Shown piece after piece: positions 28,146 through 64,000 of a stretch of 64,000 nucleotides of DNA. Origin of the DNA: Eledone cirrhosa (Eukaryota); assembly GCA_964016885.1 (NCBI GenBank), contig OZ024763.1, forward strand, positions 3,472,001 through 3,536,000, given 5' to 3'. The translations under genes were made by a program, and so were the position numbers. Below the pieces are notes generated by a model. It was not told where the DNA came from and made no database searches. It saw only the letters and a program-made list of their open reading frames with translations. The first letter of the stretch is position 1. Each line of letters begins with the position of its first letter.

Positions 28146-28999
28146 TAAGCAAAATTTAATAAGGGGGTAAGGGTGTTGGAAAAAACCCGAAAAATTAATA
28201 AGTGGGGCCAGGGTGGTTAGGACGATTATTCGAGACCCAAGAGTATGTTTGAGCACTTTGAAATTAGGGGTTTTGATAGCAAGAACTCCAGCCAAATTTT
28301 GGTCAGTCAGCTAACCAAAAGGATTAAAACTTATCTGGACATCGACAGAAAACTCTCACCATATATTCTTTGGTAGTTGTTCATAGTTTTATTGACTAGC
28401 CCCAGGCCATGCTGGTGCACTATCGATTATAGTTCTGATGCAATATTTCCACCAAATTACACAGAAAAACACTAACATAATTTATTTGAAAAAAAAAACG
28501 TTATTGTTGTTGTTGTTTCAATTAGATAGATAGACAAACAGGTAGATAGATAGATGAGGTAGACTGATAGACATACAGATAGGTAGGTAGGTAGGTAGGT
28601 TGGTAGATAGGTTGGTACAAAGACCAACAGACAGATTGGTAGATAGAGAAAGACAGATATTTAGATAGGTAGGTAGATAGATATAGATATTTAGATAAAT
28701 AGATAGTTAGGTATGTAGATAGACAGACATACAGACAGATGGACTGACTGATAGATAGACAAACAGACAGACAGATAGATAGATATAAAGCAATAATGAG
28801 AGAGATGAAGCAGAGATTGTTGAGGAGAGAGATGTGGGCGGATGAGATATGATTTCACTAAAGTTTGAGGTAGTTGGTAGGTTTATTATTGGAGTTATTG
28901 TCAGGTAATTCAATAAGAATGACAGGTGTAACAGTTTCAATTTCAACTGGAACTACATTCTATACATTGTAAACATATTTACCTTTATATATATATATA

Positions 29000-29552
29000 C
29001 AGGGCGATAAAAATAGACGGTAGCCACGGAGTGGGCAGACCCAGAGATACCTGGGACGACTTGATAAATTCCGACCTCACACACTTACACCTCTCCAAGT
29101 CAATGTAACTGGACCGAGATCTTTGGCGCTATGCAATAATACAGAAGACCCGACTTGCCTAAGTGCAAAGCGAAACCTACAGTCAGTAGGCACCTCTTAA
29201 CAAAAATACACCCCCTCCCCGCCCCACTACCCCCACCCCATCCACACCACCCCTTTTCAATGTAAAGTTATGTTGGTACCACAACATCCAGTCCGAAATA
29301 AATGAGGTCGTGTAGGTGTCACAACAAAAAAAAGACACACAGTCCACACTGTAATGTGGCCGTGTAGGTAACACGGTAAAAACCTCCCAGTCCACACTGT
29401 AAACGTGGCTGGTGTTAGGAAGGGCATCCAGCCGTAGAAAACCCGCCAGAGTCCTATGCGAGCAAGACAACCAATCTTGCCTCAAGTGGCAAAATTCCCG
29501 TCCAAACCCATGCAAGCGTGGAAGATGGACGTTTAACGATGATGATGATGAT
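29000..29552 (+). mobile_element. RTE LINE 3' end with 3'UTR-like sequence and (GAT)n tail; tail-only copies on - at 23515-23625, 29800-30010, 39486-39580, 49591-49820
   Basis: IDGSHGVGRPRDTWDDLINSDL..L..DRDLWRYAI; ends ggacgtttaacgatgatgat. Confidence 0.65.
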
Positions 29553-30014
29553 GATATAGACGGTGGATTGGTAGTATCGGGAGAGGGTCAGACACCATGC
29601 TTTGACGCATAGAGTTATGGCCCTTGCCATTCTGGGTTCAAATCCCACCGAGGTTAACTTTGCCTTTCATCCTTACGGGGTCAATAAAATAAGGTACCAG
29701 TAATGTACTGGGTAATTACTGGCCTTGTGCCAAAAGTAGAAACAATTATTATTATATATATATATATATAGTTATATATATATATAGTTATATATATCAT
29801 CATTATCATCATCATCATTTAGCATCTATCTTCCACACTAGCATGTTTGTCCTATTTAGAGGTTTGTCCTAGGTTTGTCCTATTTAGAGGCAAGTTGGGT
29901 CGGGTGCCTATGTCTTGCTTATATAGGAGTGTTTCTTGCTGGTTTTCTATGACTGGATGCCCTTCCTAGTGCCAACCACATTGACAGAATGTGCTGGGAG
30001 CTTTTTGCCATGTC

Positions 30015-30069
<55 letters not shown>

Positions 30070-30070
<1 letters not shown>

Positions 30071-30108
30071 ATATATATATAATACATACATTACATTGTT
30101 ATATATAT

Positions 30109-30142
<34 letters not shown>

Positions 30143-30247
30143 CATACATTACATTGTTATATATATATATGGATATATATATTTATATAATACATACATT
30201 ACATTGTTATATATATATATATATATATAATACATACATTACATTGT

Positions 30248-30279
<32 letters not shown>

Positions 30280-30297
30280 ATACATACATTACATTGT

Positions 30298-30333
<36 letters not shown>

Positions 30334-30350
30334 ATACATACATTACATTG

Positions 30351-30390
<40 letters not shown>

Positions 30391-30584
30391 CATACATTAC
30401 ATTGTTATATATGTATATACATATGATACATTACATTGTTATATATATATATATATATGGATATATATATATTTATATGATGCATACATTACATTGTTAT
30501 ATATGTATATACATATGATACATTACATTGTTATATATATATATATATGGATATATATATTTATATAATACATACATTACATTG

Positions 30585-30630
<46 letters not shown>

Positions 30631-30680
30631 CATACATTACATTTTTTATATATGTATATATATATATAATATATAATCCT
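30070..30680. repeat. Minisatellite taatacatacattacattgt(ta)n
   Basis: Tandem copies with variable TA spacers. Confidence 0.9.
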
Positions 30681-31059
30681 TATCGAGCCCTCTTCAGATT
30701 TTAGTCTTCACATTTATTATCACTATATATATATTCCAACCCGCCCGTCCCCTCAATCTATCTTATTTCTCATTCTTTCTTTTGATAAAGGACTAGCATC
30801 CGAAACGTTAAGACCCTCTTCCTGCTATATCAAGCGTTAACCTAATATATACCTTCCATATACTGTACCAATTGTGTTGTTATTTCTGTTTACCTTTTAC
30901 ATATATATATATATATATGCAGCACTTTTTTTTTTTTTTTCACATTTTTATGGAGAATTTCATCAGGACCACAGTTTTGAATATGAAAAGTTGACCCCTA
31001 ATTAAGGGCTGCTCCCATCACTTCCTGTGTTTTTTTTTATTTATAGTTGACCTATAGCA

Positions 31060-31370
31060 TCTGCTAACTCCCAAAGTTTTGTTACTATTTGAATGTCCCC
31101 TATTTTTAGGGTTTAATTCTAAGAAAGGATCTGCTAACTTCTTACAAAACCCTCCCAATGTTTAGTTACTATTTCAATGTCCCCTATTTTTTAGGGTTTA
31201 ATTCTAAGAAAAGATCTGTTGACTCCCTACAAAACCCTTCAAAAATTCTGTTAATATTTCAATATTTCAAAGTTGCCCCTTTTTTTTTAAAAATTAATAT
31301 TTCAATGTCCCCTATTTTTCAGGGTATAATTCTAAGAAAGGATCTGTTAGCTCCCGACAAGACCCTCAGA
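31060..31370 (+). repeat. Diverged ~85-bp repeat x3 that includes the acceptor and 5'UTR of MFS coding exon 1
   Basis: aatgtcccctattttt(t/c)agggt(t/a)taattctaagaaaggatctg occurs at ~31092, 31176 and 31304. Confidence 0.8.
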
Positions 31371-31374
31371 CAAG

Positions 31375-54572
<23,198 letters not shown>

Positions 54573-54729
54573 CCAAACGTCTTCTGTAAACGACAGAAGT
54601 GAGGTGGCACAGTTTTGGTGACGATTTGGGGGTGGGGTATTTAAAGCAACGATTCTGGTCTGGGTAAAAACATATCAAACCAAAACGGACGGATCTGGAC
54701 AATAGAAGATGCTAACTTGGCGGGATTTC

Positions 54730-55050
54730 CTAGCTATCTGACTATCTAGCTATCTGGCAATCTAGCTATCTAGCTATCTGACTATCTAGCTGTCTGGCTA
54801 TTTAGCTATCTGGTTATCTAGCTATTTAGCTGTTTGGCTATCTAGCTATCTGACTATCTAGCTGTCTGGCTATTTAGCTATCTGGTTATCTAGCTATTTA
54901 GCTGTTTGGCTATCTAGCTATCAGGATATCTGGCTATTTAGCTATCTGATAATTTATATATCTGGCTATCTAGTTATCTGGCTATCTAACTGTCTGACTA
55001 CCTGGCTATTTAGCTATCTGGCTATCTGACTATTTAGCTATCTGGCTATC
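54730..55050. repeat. 8-bp repeat (tatctrgc)n downstream of the MFS stop codon
   Basis: Direct. Confidence 0.9.
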
Positions 55051-55168
55051 TCTCATTTGAATGACTTATTTTTAATGGCAACAGCCATACATGTGTATAT
55101 ACGTGTACATACATATATACACACATACATATGAGTTGATCAGAGACAACATGTGTTTATATATATAT

Positions 55169-55216
<48 letters not shown>

Positions 55217-55289
55217 GATTATATATAGCATACATAGAGTCGTCCATGGTCTTGGTTGTGGTCTCCATGGTCTTGGCACCACAGACTTT

Positions 55290-56590
<1,301 letters not shown>

Positions 56591-56764
56591 ACAATGATAT
56601 GTTACATTTTTAATTTATGTTATACTAAAGACTGTCAGACACCTGTGTATATATAAAAGATAAGATGAGCTGAAACAACAAAGAAACACATCAGTGGTAC
56701 CCCCCCCCCCCCCCCCTCTCCCCTGCCCCTTCTCTAATCCCTGTGAAAAATATATGGTTAACCA

Positions 56765-57290
56765 TTACCATATTCCTGCCAAACATTACTGAATTCCTGC
56801 CGTAAATCTTACCTTATACACACCACATATCTTTACCCTATTCCTGCCAGACCATTACCTTATTCCCACCACATAGCTTACCATATTCCTGCCAAACATT
56901 ACTGAATTCCTGCCATAAATCTTACCTTATACACACCACATATCTTTACCCTATTCCTGCCAGACCATTACCTTATTCCCACCACATAGCTTACCATATT
57001 CCTGCCAAACATTACTGAATTCCTGCCATAAATCTTACCTTATACACACCACATATCTTTACCCTATTCCTGCCAGACCATTACCTTATTCCCACCACAT
57101 ATCTTACCATATTCCTGCCAAACATTACCTTATTCCTGTCACATATCTTTTCCATATTCTTACCACATATTTTTACCATATTCCTGCAAAACCTTACCTT
57201 ATTCCTGTCACATATCTTTACCATATTCCCACCACATATCTTACCATATTCCCACCACATATCTTACCATATTCCCACCACATATCTTAC
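56765..57290. repeat. 113-bp higher-order repeat x3 built from ~20-23-bp subunits
   Basis: ttaccatattcctgccaaac at 56765, 56878, 56991 and 57104. Confidence 0.9.
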
Positions 57291-59249
57291 ACATTGATAC
57301 AGAAGGTGGTAGTAAGTGGGAGAACTATACAAGTGTAACATCTATAGCTACCACAATATAATACAGAAGGGGTAATAAGTGGGAGCACTGTTGAAGTGCT
57401 GTGTTAAGTCTATCAGCTGCCTTATATTATAAACGCCCCTTTATGATATGAGTTCAAATCCTGTCAAGGTTAACTTTGCCTTTCATCTTTCTGGGTTAGG
57501 GTTAAGATCAATTTAATTGACTTTCCCTTCCCCCATTTGTTGGCCTTGTGTCTACATTATAAACAGCAACATTTTCATAGGCCCTCCTACAGGTTTAACA
57601 CATTTCAGCCACTCGTTCTGTGATAAAAGACTGTTTTAACCTGTTTATATTTACCTAAAAACCTTCCATCATAATCTTATATAATAACCTTTGTTAAGTT
57701 ATACTAAGTTATATTAAGTTATATTAAGTTATATGCTAAATCACTCCAAATTCTTGATTATTTTCAAAATTATTTGAAAATCATACACAGTGTCTTTCAT
57801 TAGAAATATGGTAATGAAAGGGTTAAAGACATAGAAAGTGTCTTTCATTAGAAATATGGCAATGAATGGGTTAATGACATAGACAGTGTCTTTCATTAGA
57901 AATATGGCAATGAAAGGGTTAATGACATAGACACTGTCTTTCATTAGAAATATGGCAATGAAAGGGTTAATGACATAGACAGTGTCTTTCATTAGAAATA
58001 TGGTAATGAAAGGGTTAATGACATAGACAGTGTCTTTCATTAGAAATATGGCAATGAAAGGGTTAATGACATAGACAGTGTCTTTCATTAGAAATATGGC
58101 AATGAAAGGGTTAAAGACATAGATAGTGTCTTTCATTAGAAATATGGCAATGAAAGGGTTAAAGACATAGATAGTGTCTTTCATTGGAAATATGGCAATG
58201 AAAGGGTTAATGACATAGACAGTGTCTTTCATTAGAAATATGGTAATGAAAGGGTTAAAGACATAGACACTGTCTTTCATTAGAAATATGGTAATGAAAG
58301 GGTTGATGTGTTTACCCCTCCCTCACACACACACACATCCCACCACCACCAAACTATTTCACAGCAAACAGTCTACAACCATACAACCATTACCCCTTCC
58401 GCCACCACCACCATCATTACCCCACCTTCACACCATTTCCCCTTCCCCACCACCACGACCGTATATGGCAGGTGTTTACATCACAAACATTATATATTCT
58501 GTTGATAATCCCCCCACCTCATTAAACACACACCTACACACACATACCTACACACACACACACACTCAGTAATCCTCATTAAAGACATAATATTGTGGGT
58601 TTTACTGTAAATTAGTTGATGATGATATTGTTGGTGGTGATGATGTTGATGGTAATGATGGTGATGATGATGATGATGGTAATATTGATGGTATGTTTAA
58701 TGATGATGATGATGATGTGTTTAAGCAGGACAACTGTTGCATTGTTAATGAAATTTTAATCAACTCTTCCTCCCAGTTTACTAACAAACTCTTATTTATG
58801 AAGATTTTTAATCTGATAATTAAAATAAATTCCAGCATAGAAACATAATAAAATAAATTGTTTTTCTTTGTAAAACTTTCTCTCTGGAAATTGTGTTTTT
58901 CACGGTTAATTTGACTTTTAATTTGACTAATTAAATGTTTTCAGTAACAATTTGGTGTTTTAATTAACCCGTTATCGTTTACTTTACTCTATATATACTA
59001 TTGTATTTTCACAGTAAAGGCCTTATCTCACATATTATCTCACATAACATTTACATTACTCTATATATACTATTGTATTTTCACAGTAAAGGCTTTACCT
59101 CACGTAATATCTCACGTAACATTCACATTACTCTATATATACTATTGTATAGAAAGTTCCTAATAAACCTTTAAATTTGGAAAAATCCAATAATATAGAT
59201 ATATAATATATATATATATATATATAATATATATAGATATATAATATAT

Positions 59250-59317
<68 letters not shown>

Positions 59318-59544
59318 TAATATATATATATATATAATATATATATATATATAATATATATATATATAATATAATATAATATATATAATATAATATATAT
59401 ATATATATAATATATATATATATGTAAGTATGTATGTTCGTATACGTACATACAGATACATATACAGACGTACAGTAGTATGGATATATATACATACATG
59501 CACACATATGTGCATATATATATGTGTGTGCATGTATGTATAAT

Positions 59545-60180
59545 TAAGCCTACCTTCGTATATGTAAACAATGTATTTATTTAATATACAGATAATTACT
59601 ATTGCTACAGTTAAAAAATATACAAAAAATACTTTAAATTCAGTTTTTAATTCATGCAACAATTGTATCAATAGTTAAAGAAATTCGAAATAATTTTTGC
59701 ACCCATTTTTGCGATTAAGTAAAGACGGAGTTATCGTTCTTGAGATTTCGGCTCGGAGAAATTTAAGGAACTGATGTCGCTAAATCGCCAAATCATTTAC
59801 CTGCCCCGTTGCCTCATGGGAGGGTAATGGCTGCCTTTTATTTTTTAAACGATGGCAGATTCTTTAATTTCTTTCGTAGCATCTTGTTCCTTGTTTCATA
59901 TAAGTAAATAATTAAAACATTCTGGCGAGAAAGATATAAAAAAGACTGCCATGGTTTTTTTTAATAAAGGTAGCCATTACCCTCCCATGATGCAACGGGG
60001 CAGTTAAATGATTTGGCGATTTAGCGACATCAGTTCCTTAAATTTGTCCGAGCCGAAATCTCAAGAACGATAACTCCGTCTTTACTTAATCGCAAAAATG
60101 GGTGCAAAAATTATTTCGAATTTCTTAGTAATTATTTGTATATTAAATACATTGTTTACATATACGAAGGTAGGCTTAAA
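59545..60180. mobile_element. Fold-back element with ~250-320-bp arms; left arm repeated at 63835-64000
   Basis: 59545-59875 is the reverse complement of 59925-60180 (one arm has an internal deletion). Confidence 0.85.
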
Positions 60181-61672
60181 AGTTCATAGGCTCACTATGA
60201 AGAAGTGATGCTAGGGCTGTGAAATCTTGCATGTTGAAAAAGAAACCTCATTTGGTCATTCCATGAGAGTATCTTGGTCAGCCTATGAAGGAGTGATGCT
60301 AGAGCTCTGAAATCTTGCCTGTTGAAAAATAAACTTCATTTGGTAATTCCATGAGAGTATCTTGGTCAGCCTATGAAGGAGTGATGCTAGAGCTGTGAAA
60401 TCTTGCATGTTGACAAATAAACCTCATTTGGTCATTCCATGAGAGTATCTTGGTCAGCTTATGAAGGAGTGATGCTAGAGCTGTGAAATCTTGCATGTTG
60501 TAAAATAAACCTCATTTGGTCATTCCATAAGAGTATCTTGGTCAGCCTTTGAAGGAGTGATGCTAGAGCTGCGCAATTTTGCAGGTTGAAAAATAAACCT
60601 CATTCGGTCATTCCATGAGAGTATCTTGGTCAGCCTATGAAGGAGAGATGCTAGAGCTATAAAATCTTGCATGTTGAAAAATAAACCTCATTTGGTAATT
60701 CCATGAGAGTATCTTGGTCAGCCTATTAAGGAGTGATGCTAGAGCTGTGAAATCTTCCATGTTGAAAAATAAACCTCATTTGGTCAGCCTATGAAGGAGT
60801 TATGCTAGGGTTGTGAAATCTTGCATGTTGCAAAATAAACCTCATTTGGTCATTCCATGAGAGTATATTGGTCAGCCTATGAAGGAGTGAGGCTAGAGCT
60901 GTGAAATCTTGCATGTTGACAAATAAATGTCATTTGGTCATTCCATGAGAGTATCTTGGTCAGCCTATGAAGGAATGATGCTAGAGCTGTGAAATCTTGC
61001 ATGTTGACAAATATACCTCATTTGGTCATTCCATGAGAATATCTTGGTCAGCCTATGAAGGAGTGATGCTAGAGCTCTAAAATCTTGCATGTTGAAGAAT
61101 AAACCTCATTTGGTCATTCCATGAGAGTATCTTCGTCAGCCTTTGAAGGAGTGATGCTAGAACTGCGCAATCTTGCAGGTTGAAAAATAAACCTCATTTG
61201 GTCATTCCATGAGAGTATCTTGGTCAGCCTATGAAGGAGTGATACTAGAGTTGTGAAATCTTGCATGTTGCAAAATAAACCTCATTTGGTCATTCCATGA
61301 GAGTATATTGGTCAGCCTATGAAGGAGTGAGGCTAGAGCTGTGAAATCTTGCATGTTGACAAGTAAATGTCATTTGGTCCTTCCATGAGAGTATCTTGGT
61401 CAGCCTATGAGGGAATGATGCTAGAGCTGTGAAATCTTGCATGTTGAGAAATAAACCTCATTAGGTCATCCCATGAGAGTATCTTGATCAGCGTATGAAG
61501 GAGTGATGCTAGAGCTGTGAAATCTTGCATGTTGAAAGATAAACCTCATTTGGTCATTCCATTAGAGTATCTTGGTCAGCCTATGAAGGAGTGATGCTAG
61601 AGCTTTGAAATCTTGCATATTGACAAATATACCTCATTTGGTCATTCCATGAGAGTATCTTGGTCAGCCTAT
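60163..61672 (+). repeat. Mariner-type MITE end followed by an 88-bp satellite x ~17
   Basis: TACGAAGGTAGGCTTAAAAGTTCATAGGCT, then unit gaaggagtgatgctagagctgtgaaatc...ggtcagcctat. Confidence 0.9.
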
Positions 61673-61923
61673 TCACACACACACAAACACACATATATAT
61701 ATATATGTATGTATATATATATATATGTAATTATATGTATATATGTATATATATATGTATGTATATATATATGTATATATATATATATATGTATATATAT
61801 ATGTATATATATATATATATGTATATATATATGTATATATATATATATGTCTGTATATATATATATATATGTCTATGTATATATATATATATATGTCTAT
61901 ATATATGTATGTATATATACATG

Positions 61924-61961
<38 letters not shown>

Positions 61962-62141
61962 CATGTATATATATATGTATGTATATATATCTATGTATAT
62001 ATGTATGTATATAAATATATATATATATTATGTATGTATGTATATAAATATATATATATATTATGTATGTATGTATGTATGTATATTATTATGTATGTAT
62101 GTATGTATGTATATATATATATATGTGTATGTATATCTCTC

Positions 62142-62175
<34 letters not shown>

Positions 62176-62213
62176 TATATGGATGTCAGGTCACCAGTTG
62201 GTATTACTGGTAA

Positions 62214-62790
62214 CATGTATGCCAGTACAACCTGTCTCATGGTCGGATCGTTGGCGACTAAACTGGCAACCCCACCAAGGTTTCTTGGTGAGGAGGGTGA
62301 CTTTGGACATCCTGGGGGACTAAAAACAAAACCTGTCAAAGGGCAAAGGAGCTCTTAAGAGTCAATGGCCATCCAAAATCACCGCGAAAGATGACCTCTT
62401 AGCCTTTGTCAAGGCAGAATTCTAGGAGAAGGAAAACTCTGATATAACACTTGCAACCCTGATGGTATCCAATGATGTTGACTTGTTCTTCTTTTTGGTA
62501 AATATCATCTTGGTTAAGAGAGTGGGACTGGCTTTGTGCAGTGCCTTTGCTCACTATAAAAGCTTGACGGCACAGGCATTGCTTTATATCTGGAGATCTC
62601 TTTGCACTTGTCGTCACATGGTACCATGGGCCCAGCACTATGTGTCAATAATTGTCACAAGTTAAGTGTTTGTACCACAGTTTTCAAGTCGCTGGCTGAA
62701 CTAAAAATTCACTCTCGTTCAGCGCATCGGTAGGAGTTCTCCTACATGGATATAAAGTAGTGGCCGTACTCGAAAACGAGTTGGCAGCCA

Positions 62791-62794
<4 letters not shown>
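62214..62794 (+). mobile_element. ~590-bp non-coding retroposon, RTE-UTR-like
   Basis: Three copies in the window share the 3' end gagttggcagccacca plus microsatellite; no conserved long ORF. Confidence 0.85.
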
Positions 62795-62827
<33 letters not shown>

Positions 62828-63544
62828 AAATACGATTCTATAGACATGTTTTATGATATATAGCACTGATTATTTAATTGATTAATTCTTCATTGAACCA
62901 CAAAGTGACCCGTTGCAAATCACATATATATTTATGACTTTATATATATATATATATACGTATATATAACTATGTATATATCTAGATACATAAGCATATA
63001 TATATATATATATATATATATGTAAATGTATATATGTACGTATTTATGTGTGTGTGTGCGTGTGTATTATGTGGGTCTCAATATGTAAACTAAACGACTA
63101 ACACCGACTTCAGAAAAATCAGTGTTAGTCGACTAGAAAAATCATCAACTTCTGCGACCTTAAAGTATCCCTACAAAATCTCAATTAATAATCTGTACAA
63201 TTGTGAAAGTTATCAAGAAAGCAAGTTAGTAAACTGAAAGGTATGATTTTACAAAATAGTAAGTTGAATGAGTTGTTTCCCTTAGATGAAAGACAACAAA
63301 ACGAAGAGTCTACTGAATGCTAGAAATGGCAGCGACTGAAATATTATAAATAATGATAGTTTTAGTGGTTAAACAACCCTCAAATATATGCCATATTCAA
63401 CAGTTTACCCTACAATACCTTACAAAATTGATGAAAACCCTCTGCAGCGGTTAAAAATACTAGAAATGGCGACTAAATATCCCTCAAATCACAGAGTAGT
63501 GACACTGGAAGTATTTAAAACAAATTCAATGATATATATAATAT

Positions 63545-63849
63545 ACGAGGGTAGACTGACCAAGATACTCTTATGGAATGACCAAATGAGGTTTATTTTT
63601 CAACATGCAAGATTTCACAGCTCTAGCATCACTCTTTCATAGGCTGACCAAGATACTCTCATGGAATGACCAAATGAGGTTTATTTTTCAACCTGCAAGA
63701 TTTCACAGCTCTAGACTCACTCCTTCATAGGCTAACCAAGATACTCTCATGGAATGAACAAATGAGGTTACTTTTTCAACATGCAAGATTTCACACCCTA
63801 GCATCACTCCTTCATAGTGAGCCTATGAACTTTTAAGCCTACCTTCGTA
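63545..63849 (-). mobile_element. Mariner-type MITE with three 88-bp internal units
   Basis: TACGAGGGTAG...CTACCTTCGTA termini; same unit as 60198-61672, inverted. Confidence 0.85.
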
Positions 63850-64000
63850 TATGTAAACAATGTATTTATTTAATATACAGATAATTACTATTGCTACAGT
63901 TAAAAAATATACAAAAAATAATTTAAATTCAGTTTTTAATTCATGCAACAATTGTGTCAATAGTTAAAGAAATTCGAAATAATTTTTGCACCCATTTTTG

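Overview
Eukaryotic, extremely microsatellite-rich (TA/CA/GA/GATA) AT-rich DNA. The repeat families look like those of an octopod cephalopod; this is inferred, not proven. Nearly all of the ORF track is simple-repeat noise. One complete protein-coding gene can be reconstructed on the + strand: a 12-exon CDS (31375-54572, 1998 nt, 665 aa, all GT-AG introns, phases consistent). It encodes an MFS transporter of the ZIF/ZIFL (plant) / YCR023C (yeast) type with an unusually long central loop. The rest is mobile and repeat DNA: tRNA-headed SINEs, RTE, Tx1/L1-like and R4/Dong LINE fragments, two non-autonomous Helitrons, mariner-type and TTAA MITEs, and many minisatellites. The most striking unannotated signal is about 20 type I hammerhead-ribozyme motifs from roughly 10 unrelated sequence families. 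They sit in short, often fold-back, elements embedded in (TA)n, which is consistent with Penelope-like pseudo-LTR or retrozyme remnants. Four lie in sense orientation in one intron of the gene. Different LINE clades also partition into different microsatellites: (GATA)n, (TAA)n and (TA)n.
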